Shown here: piece by piece, positions 25,225 through 39,994 of the stretch | Position numbering within the stretch: position 1 is the stretch's first letter | How the letters are laid out: every line of letters begins with the position of its first letter | From: the human T2T-CHM13v2.0 reference genome, Homo sapiens | Strand: one strand, 5' to 3' | DNA length: 64,000 nucleotides | Assembly: GCF_009914755.1 (NCBI RefSeq) | Contig: NC_060929.1 | The notes under the pieces: generated by a model | Databases searched by the model: none | What the model saw: only the letters and a program-made list of their open reading frames with translations | Told to the model about the DNA's origin: nothing | Translations under genes and position numbers: made by a program

Positions 25225-25411
25225 AAACTAGCCAATTCAGTAACCACTAGCAGCATGCAACCACTTAAATTTAAATTTAAAATAATTAAAATTAAACAAG
25301 GTTAAAAATCCAGTTTATCAGTCACACTAGCCAGATTTCAAATACTCAATAACTACTTGCAGCTACTTTATTGGACAGTGCAGATATTAAAATTTTCTAT
25401 TAGACAGCACT
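25225..25411. mobile_element. MER3 hAT MITE
   Basis: 'cagtaaccactagc...tcagtcacactagccagatttcaaatactcaata...attggacagtgcag'. Confidence 0.75.
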
Positions 25412-25440
25412 GGTGCCATATATATTAATCAGTGAACTGA

Positions 25441-25773
<333 letters not shown>

Positions 25774-26739
25774 TATCAGAGGGCTTTTGTTATTACCTGA
25801 GAGTTGGCAGATAACATGATTGCACAGAGTAGGATTAAATGGCCCAAAGAAGAACAGAGTGGTTGATCTGATTTCACTTGATGAGTCGCAGCTCTTCAGT
25901 GCTCTGTTTCTACACCCAGGTAAAACTCGTTGCCTAAGCAAAAGTATTGATTATTATTGAAAATAATACACATCAAATGTAGTGCCTGGGCATCTATTGG
26001 GCTCCATATTCAACTTTTTCTTTTCTTGGAAAATTTCGGGTAGAGTGAGGGAAGAATATAAAAAAAATCCAAGGAAGTCATTTAAACCAAATAAAATGAT
26101 AACACTTGTGATACTCTAAATGTGGATTCTAGATTTTAAAAATGAATGTAAAAATAAAAACACCACCGAAGTGTTATAAATATTGTAAAAAATTTGTGGG
26201 GTTGAAAATTTGAAAATTACTTATCAACTTATTTCTTCAAACTTTTGTAAACTTTATTCCATTTTTAAGTCTTATAGTAATCACTAACATGCATCATTTA
26301 GATGCTTGAAAATATTCTTGGACTCTCGTGTGTTTTGTAATAACAATCATAGTTTTCTTTTTAGTCATGTGCATAACCTAGAACAGAAGGCAATTCAATT
26401 TAGTCTCCTTACGAGATATTTGTTCTCTTTTTATCCATTACTTTCTTAAGATTTAATGTGACATATTAAAAACATAAAATCATATGAAATACTTTATCAT
26501 AAACACCAACCTACAAAAAAATTTCTTAGTACATTACTCCATGGGGAAATAAATGTAAGCTTTCTGCTGAAAACAGATGGCAAGCTCACAAATAGAGCTT
26601 TTGCAGGTGTTTTATATGGGAATAATGTTGCTGTAAGTCTCCAGAAAAATGATAGCATATTAGTGCTAGAGACACTAAAGCACTTAAAGTCCGATCACCC
26701 CCTTTGACAGTTGTGGAAATTGAGGCCTGTTGCCACTTT

Positions 26740-26950
26740 CCTCGGGTGGCAGCATAATAGGAGAATTAAGAACATGGATTGGAATTGAAGAAACTAAATC
26801 CGTGCCCTGACCCTGGCCCATATCTACTGGGCAAATTTGAGCAAGTAGCTTAATAGCCCTAGGTTTCAATTTCTTCCCATGTGAACTTAGAATAATAATG
26901 CCAAATAATATAATTACAAACTGATCAATTTCTTATGAGACAGATGATGT
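26740..26950 (+). mobile_element. MIR
   Basis: 'ggcagcataatagg...taagaacatggattggaat...ttgagcaagtagcttaa...ggtttcaatttc'. Confidence 0.65.
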
Positions 26951-28349
26951 TCGCAACATACAATTTATGGTAGCAATCATTTTTTTCTCCTCCATTACTG
27001 CTTTAAATTTTTCTATAATTACCCACTTAAAGTCACAAGACAAAGTGAGTGAAGTCCCCAGCCATTCACTTTCCTCTGTTGCCCTCTGCTCAGGGATCCC
27101 AGGATCTCAGTACTGGCAGCAGGAGTGAGCCCTGCTGAACTATTTTTCCCAAATTAAGCCTTTAGCACCAGAGTAGGATTAGGAAGGGAAATTGAGGCGG
27201 CGTCCACTCTCAGCTACATTTGCTTCTAGAGTCCTCTTTCACATTTTCCTGCCCCCAGAATGGAGGAAATTCTGCCCTTCTCTCAGTCCCAAGTCCTTTC
27301 CCATTTCCAGAACAAGTGAAAATTTTTTCAGGGAAAAATACACTTTCTTATACATGAGTTTTATGTGCAGGATTTTGCATATAGACTATCCTTGGAACAG
27401 TCAAGGGACAAACTGGAAACAAATCAATATGCACAGAGCAGGAAACTAGAGGATTTTGAGACTGAACCAAGAACCACTCACTACAGTGTATAGCCTATGT
27501 TGGGGAAACAAATGGCTATAAAAGAGGACACTGGGGCTTTTCTAACTTTAGCTTCCAAAGTACTTAACAATTCCAGGCATACTTCAGGCAATCATCAATA
27601 ATTAAAGTAAAAGGTAAAAACCTGTCAAATAAATGAGAGAGTATAACCAGACCCATTATATTCTGGATAGTGCACAGGGATCTAACTGGGCTAGGTATTA
27701 GACTTTAGGAAAAAGGCCCTTGTCCTGAAACTATAAAATTTATGTGCTGCATGACAACAGGAGCACTGGCCTTTGTTCTATCAGGAGCTGGAGTCCAAGT
27801 TCTGCAATTAGAGTTTGTGTCATGCGAGAGCCTTCACCTCACCCTCTGTTCTTACACCAGCAGTGAAGTACAGCTGGTCTCCATCCCTTGTAGATTTTAG
27901 TTCTAAAATGACCTGTTCTTCAAGGACATCCCAAAATCTCAACTGAAGTGTACAAAAATAAAAAATATATAATTTTATATTTATGCAAGAGAGAAATATT
28001 TATATAAATATGAAATTATATTTAGATAATTTTATAAATCATATTTTATAATTATTTACTTTAATTATCAATTATATTAATTTTATGAAGAACTATTTAA
28101 ATTATAAATTTATATATACATAAAGAGAGAGAATTGAGATTGGATACCATCTCAACTCCCCCTCTTAGTCCTACTCTGGTGCAAATATATATATATATAT
28201 ATATTTCTTTAATTTTTTAAAATTTTCAAATCCAGTATCTACATAACATTGCCATTTATTTCTTCAGGTAACAAAAACATAATATCAACCAATCACACAT
28301 TTCCCATACTTTGATTGTGTTTATATTCTGAGGCACTTTGAAGTAGCAT

Positions 28350-28839
28350 CATTACTGAAACACCAGGGGTTTGTTCCAGGCCCTGCTGCTTGCCACACAG
28401 AAAGCCAATCACTGAGACAATGAGTATTGCCTGGGAAGAAGGCTTTAATCAGGTGCTACAGATGAGATGGGGGAACAATCTCATATCTCCTCAACTGAAT
28501 GAAATTAGGGGTTTATAATGCAGTGAAGAAATGTAACTATGTGCAGGAAAACAGCAGTTAGGGAGGGATAAGGAAGACATGTTGGTCAACAGGAAGCAGA
28601 TAATCAGTTGAAGATTATGACAGGTGAAGGGCCTGGTGACTTATTGTCTAGTTTCAGTGATTTGCTAAGTTTCAGTTCTTTGATACCATCTGGGAGGACT
28701 GATGGCTATTTTCCTGAGAAAGGAACTCAGATTACACAAATGAAACTTTCTCAATTTTTAATATTGGGAAGGTCAATTTCTATGTTTATTCAGAAGGAAT
28801 TGTAAAGATCAGTTCTACAGGACAATTGGGCTGGTTTCA
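28350..28839 (-). mobile_element. ERV1 MER4-group 3' LTR (MER34/MER39/LTR49-like)
   Basis: The minus strand starts TGAAACCAGCCCAATTGTCC and is preceded by PPT AAAAGGGGAGAC. A poly(A) motif (gctttaat on +) lies near the other end. Confidence 0.8.
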
Positions 28840-30526
28840 GTCTCCCCTTTTCTATTTATTAAGAATCTGGTATCAATTTCTCTGGCTGCTTTATGATGAA
28901 GAGAGGTGTTGTGGACAGCTCCAAACGTGGCCACCCATGAATTAATGGTTAATCTAATTCTATAGTTTTCTTCTGCAACACAATCTCTCTCTTCAGTCAC
29001 ATAGGAATACAATATTCTTTAGGATAAGGCCTATCTTTCCTGATTATTACAACAGTGTAACCATAACACAGTTTTTCCTCATTACCTAAAGGAGAAGATC
29101 TGAATCCAATTCAAATTACTGATTTAATTTAATTACCTTGGAAATAAACAGCATTTAAACATTTCTACTCTCACCTACTTTTCCAAATAATAAAATATGT
29201 GTGCTATTTCTGTTCTGTAAAATATATGTACTATTTCTGTTCAGAACTTATGAAGATAAGCCTATTTTCTTTTCCAGGAAACTTAAAGCATTTATAGCTC
29301 TCTAGATCATCAGAAGTAAGCAAAACCAATCCAGTTTTAAATAGCTGGTGTGTAGTATCATTTTTTGGAGGCTTGACAAAGGTAGCTTGGGAATTTTATA
29401 TAAATAGAGCAAATGATGAGTTGTTGGAAATGCATAGGAAACAAATGACAATTCATGGAACCAAATACAAGCCTTCCAGCAGAAAGTAAAAAATAAAATA
29501 GTTGTTTTATATATGTGTATATAAGTGAAACCCAAAGGAGATCAAAGAGTAAACAAATGGAAATTAAAAGCAAAATCAACTAAACAGAAAACTAACCCCA
29601 AATTTTTCTCCTACTCAGTTTACCTTAGAGGCTACAGTGTTACCCAGAGTCTAAAAAAGAAAATACAAGAAAAGATGAATATTTTGTTCCTGATACATAA
29701 ATTAACGTCTTTAAGTCTTCCAACACCACATACATTTTGTGCAATTAAGAAGTTTACTTCAAGCACATAACCAGTAAACATTTTAGTGCTAGTACTATCT
29801 ATGCAGAATAGCAAATACAGTATGAAACAAAACAATGAAAGCATCTTTATGAAATTTGTTTCCACGGTAAATCTGGCTTTGTGCTTACCTATACTAAAAA
29901 GAAATTTTCAAACACCAGCATATTTCTTTACATTATTTCATATTTTACCTTTATCAAGATTAGGAGCTTTGATTATGAGCAATGTTAATTAGTTGAATTT
30001 TTCCAATTTTCCATCTTGTCTTAAAGAATGTTTTATTAACTAAACTTTTTCAAGTTCCTATTTTCTCTGAATGTACATGAAGATAAACACAGAGAGAAAC
30101 AGGAATAAATGTACATATGACTTACACGGACCATCTATGACATGCTTTGACTTTCTATTTTGTCCTAAATTCTTTTCTTTTTGATAACCAGTCATTTTAT
30201 TTTATTACAAAAATTTTCATAATTCATAATTTGAATAAACAGATAATTTCTGAATTAGATAAAATTACTCCTTTCCTCAATAAAAACACATCTTCTTTAG
30301 CACATTTTATATACAGAATTATAACCTTAAATTTTAGTGAAAGTCTAGGAAGCAATAAATCCTGAACAACTATCAGATGTTAGCATTTGATAGCTGAAAA
30401 CATTCCATAATTTTTTAAAACATGTGTTCCCATATCATAACCCTCTAGTAATTGGAAATGACCCAAACATCAAAGGAACATTAAAAATAATTTTAAGATT
30501 TTTAAATTATACAAAAAGTTTCCTTA
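28840..30526 (-). mobile_element. ERV1 MER4-group internal sequence (non-coding remnant)
   Basis: Contiguous with the PPT and LTR. AT-rich MER4-int-like motifs such as 'ctagatcatcagaagtaagcaaaaccaa' and 'atctatgacatgctt'. Confidence 0.7.
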
Positions 30527-30917
30527 TGGTAAAAGAAAAACTTCAGCCCAATTAAAGAGTTTAATTGAGCAAAGAACGATTTGCAAATCAGGCAGCCTCC
30601 CACACCAGAGTAGGCTCAGAGACTCTGGTGCAGCCATGTGGTAGAAGATTTATGGACAGAAAAAGGAAAGTGATGTACACAAATCAGAAGCGAGGGACAG
30701 AAACTGCTGTATTGGTTATAGCTCGGTGTTTGTCTTAGTTGAACACAATTTAAACAGTTGGCCACATTTGATTGACCAAAATTCAGTGATTGGCACAAGA
30801 GTACAGTATAGTCTGTTTACACTTCTATTTAGGCTATGATTCATGATGTACAGAGAAACTTTTAGGCCAAACTTAAAATATGTAAGGAGGCAGTTTTAGA
30901 CTAAACTTGATTTAACA
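30527..30917 (-). mobile_element. MER57 (B-type) 3' LTR
   Basis: The minus strand starts TGTTAAATCAAGTTTAGTCTAAAACTGCCTCCTTACATATTTTAAG and is preceded by PPT AAAGGAGGGGAT. Confidence 0.88.
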
Positions 30918-31529
30918 ATCCCCTCCTTTTGGTCATCCTCTCAATTTTGAGAGGATGACCAAAAGTTCAGTGATTGATGGCACTATCATCATTGTAACTG
31001 TACTTATTTGCTCTTGAAACCCACTGGAAAATAGAACTACGGGTTTTGTAAGATGGGAACAAGGACTTCAGGTCATTGTTTTAAAAGGGTTCCAGTAGAG
31101 GGTATCTCCTTATGCCGGAACATCCTGTTTACAGAAAAAAAAAAAAAAAAAAAAAACCTAAACCTGTCTTTTCTAGGATCTATGTGTTTCCTTAAAGTCT
31201 TAGTTTGATTATGTCACATTTAGCATAAGTGACTCCATTTTGGTTTGATCTGGTCTTTTGGGGCCTACTGCATGAGCTCAGTTCCAAAAAAATGGCCTCC
31301 AATAATTGTCTTTAAAAAATATCCCCCATTTAGTCAAATGCTCCTTAGGTAAGAGTGTGACCAACACTTATGGCCTTAGTGTCACTCTCAGTTACCATCA
31401 TTTTGGGTTTCCAGTCTCAGAATGTCATTTACGGTTATGGTGCCCTCATGGTCACACATTTTTTCATTCTTGTCATTACAGTTGAAGAGAGACCACTTGA
31501 TACTCTAGAGATGGCTGCATGCAAACTTG

Positions 31530-31941
31530 TAAAGCTTTTCAGAGACCACAGTGCACCAGGGAGACTACTATTATGACTATCAGGAGGATAATACCAAGAG
31601 TTTTGAGTATGCTTCTTACCCAGGGTCTCCATAAAGCAAACAAACTAAAATCAATAGATCAAAGAATGAGCTAGATAAAGAGTCTACTTGCTTTAACTAA
31701 GCAGTCTCTTCGTTAATCCCCTACTATTTAATCTCTGTAATACCCAATGTGATATATTTCTCCATGGGCAACAAGTGCCAGCAACTGCACGGTTACTTCT
31801 CTGTTTAGCCAGGAAGTAATCTAGAGAAATTCTATTATTCAGCATCACTTTCATGAGATAATTTAAAGTCTGTTGTGTAATCACAGCTCTTACAGGAGAA
31901 TCTGCTATGAAGCCTATGGTGAGGAATGAATTTCTAATCAT
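31530..31941 (-). pseudogene. env: Retroviral env TM-subunit remnant
   Basis: LNNRISLDYFLAKQ...VAGTCC resembles the immunosuppressive domain plus CX6CC (first Cys lost). Downstream I translate WRPWVRSILKTLGIILLIVIIVVSLVHC as a membrane anchor. Confidence 0.8.
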
Positions 31942-32144
31942 TGCCTCCTTTACTAACTATGGAAAAAAGTACCTAACAAATGATGCCCTTCTAGAAGAAT
32001 GACGACCTTCTGGCAATGTTCTTTTAACCCACACTGTAGGTTGAGAGGAGTTCTTTCTGACTGATTATGGAGCAATGTACATACCATTAAAATTTCTCAC
32101 CTACATTGGGCCTTCATCTTCCATCTATCAAGGCATAAGTTTAT

Positions 32145-32536
32145 TGTATTAGTCCGTTCTTGTATTGCTATAAAGAAGTACCTGAGACTGGGTACTTTAT
32201 AAAAAAAAAGTGGTTTAATTGACTCACAGTTCTGCAGGTTGTACAGGAAGCATGGCTGAAGAGGCCTCAGGAAATTTACAATCATGGCAGAAGTTGAAGG
32301 AAAAGCAGTCACATCTTCACTTGTCAGAGCAGGAGAAAGAGTGAACAGGAAGGTTCCACACACTTTTAAACAACCAGACCTCATGAGAACTCTATCACAA
32401 GACAGTACTAAAGGGATCACGTTAAACCATTAGAAACCACAACCATGATCCAATCACCTCCCACCAGTCCTCACAAACACTGGGGATTACAATTCAACAT
32501 GAGTTTTGGGTGGGGACACAGAGCCAAACCATATCT
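32145..32536 (-). mobile_element. MSTA solo LTR inserted in MER57-int
   Basis: TGTATTAGTCCG...CCAAACCATATC termini. 5-bp TSD tttat/gttat. Confidence 0.9.
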
Positions 32537-33601
32537 GTTATCCATGTATAAGTCTGCATGGCTGCAGCATCCTTCACAAATAAAAGTATACCCCATGAGT
32601 GCACACAACAGATTCCATTTTTACTTCTATTGTTTATAGAGGCATAGCAAGGGGAAAAATTCAAAGATAAGAGTCTCATGGTACTAGAGAAGTCTTGATC
32701 TGTGATCTTGGGAAAAAGCTTCTGTGATCTTGGGGAAAAGGATGCCATCTTCTGGGCAGAAAATCTTCCCTGGTTAGCTTTACCTTAAGGGTTCCCAAGG
32801 ATGTCCAGTTTTGAGAGTGTGGAGGGATGCTTCTGAGTTGTAAGACTATGAACCCAAGGTTCAAGGTCCTGAAGGTTTGCTGCAATGTGGATGGCAGGAG
32901 CAGTCTTTCTCTGGTGTTCTCAGACAGTTCAATCTTTGGGTTATGGATTATGAAGGGGTTGATTGTCCTCAGTCAGTGAACCATGAAAAGCTTTCTGTAA
33001 CTGGTGAAAATACACAGTGGCATAATAAGCTACTGTTATAACATCAGCTCTCTTGAATGGAAAATCTTTTATAGAACCAGAAAACATGTGTTGAAAATGA
33101 CAACTGAATGATATCCCTCTATAAATGTTTAAGTGGCCTATCATGTTGTGGAATGTACCTGAAGCTTTGTGTTCCCAGGAATATTGGTTTGACAAACCAA
33201 ACATTGGTCATACACTATTTTAGCAGTTTATAAGCTACCACAGCAATATGTATTTAATTTGGGTCATTTTTATCATTTTCATGATGAGTCATGGAATGCA
33301 GGACTCAGGAAGGATAAGGCAGCCGTCCTGGTTCTCCATGCTTGACATTGGACTTATGTCCTTTTGAATACCAGTTGTTTCCCCAATTTAGGTGCATAGC
33401 ACTGACAACTGATGGCTTATCATAGATAATTTAACTTAGACCACAGAGTTCATTCAAATTGTATATCTAAACAATTTCAGTATTGGCTGTTTTAGCATGA
33501 AAAGTGGCAAAGTATCTTCTTGGTATTTAATTAGTTTCTGTTCTACTTGGGTTAGCAGATTGGCAAATCAGTCAGTCTTTTCACTGAAGTTCCAGGAATT
33601 C

Positions 33602-33867
33602 AGCCAGATATGGTGGCTCACACCTTTAATCCCAGCCCTTTGGGAAGCTGAGGCAGGCGGATCACTTGAGGCCAGGAGTTTGAGACCAGCCTGGCCAACA
33701 TGGTGAAACCCCATTTCTACTAAAATATACAAAAATCAGCCAGGTGTGGTGACACACACCTGTAATCCCCAATACTCAGCCGGCTAAGGCACGAGAATTT
33801 CCTGAACCCAGGAGGCAGAGGTTGCAGTGAACCGAGATCGTGCCACTGCACTCCAGTCTAGGCAACA
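33602..33867 (+). mobile_element. AluSz/Sx lacking its 3' end and poly(A)
   Basis: Alu body stops at 'ctaggcaaca'. No tail and no downstream TSD. Confidence 0.93.
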
Positions 33868-34404
33868 TGTGTCAATAACATAAACTTCTGACATTTAATT
33901 GTATTTATTATTCTACATGCCTTTTTTTCATTAAAATTAAATTCATTACCAGTTCCTCTGGCTACATGACTGCACATCTTTGAAAATTGTTCTCTTCCAT
34001 ATTGTTCTCCATAATACTTGGAGTGAAAATTTTACATACATTTGTACAATACTGGATTATATTAAACTAACAATTTGAAATTTCCATGAATATACACTCT
34101 AGGAATATACAATTTTCATGGAAATACAGTTTTGCTTACTTTATATTCTCAATATCCTGCACAAAATGCATGACGTCTAGTAATTCTCAATAAATAATTA
34201 TTAAAATAATGAACAACTATTGCTAATGCAGTACTTTGGCCTGTTCTCATTACTGAAATATTTTGCTCTACACGATTCTCCACTTACAAAGATCATATTC
34301 AACTTCTAATGCTAGCTCAAATAACACTCTCTCCATTAGTCTTGGTCTAGTCTGTTAGCTAGAATTTACCTCTTTTGCTCTTGAACATGAACAGTATATT
34401 TATT

Positions 34405-35370
<966 letters not shown>

Positions 35371-36889
35371 CCATAAAAACATTTTAATATTGAGGAACTA
35401 TTAAAAGATTAAATGTTGGCGGAAATGGAAACTTGGAGTCTCTATGAAACTGAGTTTCCATAAAAGATAAGTATTGTATTGTTAGGTAATGTATAGAACT
35501 TGTTTAATAACTACAACATAATGAACATTTGATTCGGTCAACTTTGGTTCTATCTAGAGAGACAATATTGTGATCATGGGTATTTGACGCACACACACAC
35601 AATCAAAAAATGCAGTCGATCTACTAATTATTTGCAATGCATTACAAAGAACATACTGTTTGATGTTTTTATTGAACAATTGAATTATCTATTAGTTCCA
35701 GACAACCAGAGAGTTAACTATTGATCTTGATGTTTTTTTAAGTTGCTTGTCAGTCAAGGCTACATCCTTTATGCAACGTTTTTTTCTCCAGAATGTGCTT
35801 CAATTTTCTAAATGAGACACAGTCTTTGCTTTCTAATTCACTGAAAAGAAAGAGCCCACTCAATATATGTCCTCTTATCTCAGGATACTTCTGTTATTGT
35901 TCTCATTTTTTATTACTTCTTAACCAGCATAAAAGAATGTGTGTATGTAAACACGTTCCAATTGTGGAAGGTAATACACACCTTAGATTCCATACCTTTA
36001 TAATTCTTTACTCTCCTTCTTCATTTAGTTTCTCCTTTTCTCCCTTCAAATATACAAAACCTCATTCTGCAAAATTATTTTATTTAGTACTCTTGAAGTT
36101 TTTTTTCCTTTTAATTATCAAACTTTTCATATGTGTGGTTCATAACCTCAGGTTTCACTTTCTTTCAAGCTAATCCTTTATTAACTCTCTGAAATGCATT
36201 TTTCATTCTTACCACTCAGCTAAAATGACAATTCCAATTTTGACAACAGTAGTCTTTTTATTCCATAATAATAATAATAATAATAATAACAGTCTCTCTA
36301 TTGTCATGCTTTCTGACACTACTGTCAAAGTTGGTTACCGATTTCATCTAAAAATTTTCTCCTGTCAGGGGTATCTAGAATAGTTTCTTGTTTTACTTGA
36401 AATAAATATTCAAGTTAGATGGTTTCTTCTCCATCCTGTGAGGGTTTCCATGTTGCTCCTTTTTTTGAAGCATGAATCAGCTAGACTAATTAAGATGCCA
36501 TCGAAAGAAAGATTTAGGATTGTGTTCTCTGACCATGGAGCGGACGCCTTAACAGGAACCAAGTGTCAAAAGGGATGGTAAGGCCAGATGCATTAACATG
36601 CATCACATTTCAGTGAATTTCTGGCATATACCCTGAATGAAAGAGAGCACCCATACACAACACCACGTGAGCCTTTTATTTTATTAATTTATTTTTGCTG
36701 CTAGGGTGAACCCTGACTTCATTTCTATTCCTCTTACTGCCAAATAAATATCACTCACAACCTCAAAAAATGTTTTACAGAAGTAATAAGAATATTGCAT
36801 CAAAAAATAAAGAATTTATGAACAGGTTTTTTATGCTCCATCTCTCCAGAAAGAGAAAAGTCAACTGCATATATAGTAAACATTTTTAA

Positions 36890-37170
36890 ACTTTTGTTTA
36901 TAATTGGCATATAATTGTACATATTTATGGGTAGAGTGTGATGTCTCAATACATGTATACATTGTATACAATTCAAACCAAGGTATTTAGCATACTCATA
37001 GTCTCATGCATTTGTCATTTATTTGTGGTGAGAACATTCAAAGTCTTCTCTTATAGCTATTTTGAAATATACAATATGATATTGTTAACCATAGTCATCC
37101 TACTGTGAAATAGAACACTGGAACTTATACTTCCTATCCAACTGTAATTTAGTACCCATTGAGCAGTCTT
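36890..37170 (-). mobile_element. L1MA 3' end
   Basis: 'ataattgtacatatttatggg...gtggtgagaacattcaaa...ttgttaaccatagtcatcctactgtg'. Confidence 0.85.
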
Positions 37171-39574
37171 GAAAAACTTTCAAAACACTTCATTCTGAAG
37201 ATTCGATGCAGGTTTATCTTGATCTACAATTTCCTATTTAAATACAGATTGAAAAGGAATGTTTGTTACCTACACTTCTGAATCACAGTACCTTACTTTT
37301 CAATGGCATCCTTGACGTAGCTTAAGAAACTAAATTCAGATGCCAAGACCATACTCTCCACATGTGTGTGAGCATGCACACACACACACACACACACAGA
37401 TATGTTGACATGTTTACTAGGAAACCAAAAAAATAAATAACCCTTTTTGCTCCCATAGAAGGATGTAGAGTCATTTCCATGATTTTGAAAACTCAAGCCA
37501 TCAAAATGAGATATCCTGAACAAAAGGAGAAAAACACAACCTCGGCAATATATGATGTTCACTTTCATTTAATAGAGTTAATATAAATCTTTGCAGCTGT
37601 ATTCCTAAAAAAATGAAATTAAAACTATCAAACTTTTGATATCCCTCATGTGACAGTGACCCCTTTTGGCCTTGCAGTTCTCTCCTACTCTTACCTTACT
37701 TTTACATATCCTTGAACATAATAAGCCTCCCACCACTAATGTTATAAAGTAGTAATTGTTCCTAATTGGTAGGGAGGCGACAGACCATTCTGGTAATGTT
37801 GTGAAACTATAAGAAAGGAGGAGTGAGAACATTCACGGGCCCAGCAGTAATTATCCACTAATTTGGCCTGTTTGTGTGGGGACAGCTCATTATAGCCCTT
37901 AAGAAACCTCAGAATAAAGAGGGAAAGTAGGTAGGAGGCAAGGTTAAATAATTAGTGTTCGGCAGATTTTTTTTTAAGATTCAAAGAATAGGATTAAGGG
38001 TGGGAAATGTGACCAGAGTAACAATTAAGAAATGGTAGAATATTCTGAACTAAGTGGGTTTTATGTTTTTGTGGGAGTAGGGGTATATAAGAATCCTATA
38101 TTATGGCATAAAAAATGATGTGTCACTTTTATTACACTTTTTCAATTATAGCCCTGATCATCCCCTTACATTTTATAGTGCCAATCTCATCTTAACAGGA
38201 GATTTATTCTCATGAGTCTTAAAAGATTTTCACAGTTTTCATAAAATAATGTATAAAGTTTTTATATCATCTTATCTTTAACATTTGTAGATTTGTTTTG
38301 GGAGTTGGAAACACATACTTGTATGCACACACATGAGGAGGAGCATAATACAGACTTTGCAAATAAATAATTATTCAACTGCAACTCTGTTAGCAAACTT
38401 GAACTCCTAGATTTCTCACCTATTTATATCTGATACCTCTATTTTAAAAGTATGTATGCTTACTCTTGCTTTTATATGAATATGTACATATATACATTCA
38501 CAGACATATACATACACATGTTTGGTAAATAATTTGTATAGAGTCTTTCAAAGATTTTCTAACAGCATCATTTTCAACAGTCTTTTCTAATAAGTAATAT
38601 TTATCTAACCAATTTAGGTGATTGCAATTAGTGTTTTTATCCACTTAATACAAAGTGAAATGCACTGGTTGAAAAATTTTAAATCAAATGAGCTCTGTAA
38701 TTTGAGTTACCCAGAAAACACCTATGTATGTCTTAAATATTTACTCATTAAAGGACTTTGGGAAAAGTTCCAGAATATTATAGTCCCCATTCCTTTGCTG
38801 AAAGGTGACAATATTCGTAATTGCAATATATAAATAGAAGCATTGGATGGGTCCAACAGATTTAGGCTAAAATATGATATTAATATTGCAAAGGTCATAC
38901 CTTTTATCCATATATACATTAGATAATTTTTCTCTCATAATTCAAAATAAACTTCTCTAAACCAAGAGATGGGTTAGAAAAGTATTCTTCTCTTCATAAG
39001 GGGAGTCATGTGGTATCAATATATGCATGAATAAATTAATAAAAATTTATTACCAACATTTGAAAAACAATTTCAAAAAAGTCACAAGCCCTATCTGCTC
39101 TTGATGAAGCATTGTCTTTATTTATGCATAAAGTTACTGCAGCATAAGAATGATTACATTAATTTTTCTCATTTTCCTTATCTTTGAAACACTAGTATGT
39201 TTCAATGAATGGCATGTTATTGTGTGTTTTTCTGTGGGTTTTTTTGTTTGTTTTATTAATTTTTCAAATTTTCTGCAGACACAAGGGTGACTTATGAATG
39301 GCATGTTTTTGGCTACTTAGCAACTCCTGAAGCTCATGACACATAAAACTGAATAAAAAAGAATTTGTTTCTACACTGCCTTTTCAAATATTTATTTGTG
39401 TTTCATTAGACTAGTAGTTTTCAAATTATTCTTCTCAAAATTACTTAGGAGACTACAAATAATTTTATGTCATTTCCTCAATTTGCACTTCTACTCACCT
39501 TCAATGTTCTCCATACAAAAGCAACATCAAAAATGCCAAATTGTTTTTCTCCCTAGCTTATTAAAGAATTAAGG

Positions 39575-39718
39575 GGCCGGACACAGTGGCTCATGCCTGT
39601 AATGCCAGCACTTTGGGAGGCTGAGGCCAGAGGATCACTTGAAGCCAAGAGTTTGAGACCAGCCTGGGCAACAAAGCAAGACCCTGTCTCTCCAAAATTA
39701 AAAGAAAAAAAAAAAAAG
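39575..39718 (+). mobile_element. FLAM_C / free left Alu monomer
   Basis: Single monomer ending 'gaccctgtctct' plus an A-rich tail. Confidence 0.9.
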
Positions 39719-39994
39719 GTTAAGAAAGTGGAATAGCCAGGTATTACATTTACTACCTGCCTAAGAATAAGTTACTGCTATAGAAATTCAATTGCTATGG
39801 ATCTATCAGATTATAAATGCTCCATCTGCAATCTGAGAAACAACATTTTGGGGAATAAAGATTTAAATGTCTTCTCAGGTCCCTTTGTTTGATAAAAATA
39901 TTCCCTCTAAAAATAAATGACCACATAGATTTATTATTGTTTTATCTGATCTATTAGAATTATCACTAACATTTTACTGCCAACGTATAATAGA

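Larger units (their letters stand above)
30918..33601 (-). mobile_element. MER57-int internal region (interrupted by MSTA)
   Basis: Contiguous with the PPT and contains the env TM remnant. Confidence 0.8.

Noticed and set aside
27955-28135. Extremely AT-rich stretch
   Set aside because: Low complexity with no periodicity or structure I can support.
28250-28275. Recursive-splice-like YAG|GT motifs (also ~4704 and ~62811)
   Set aside because: The donor halves are weak or offset, and such motifs are expected by chance in T-rich DNA.
35793-36173. 126-aa ATG ORF
   Set aside because: Its F/L/S-rich composition is typical of T-rich non-coding DNA or decayed repeat.
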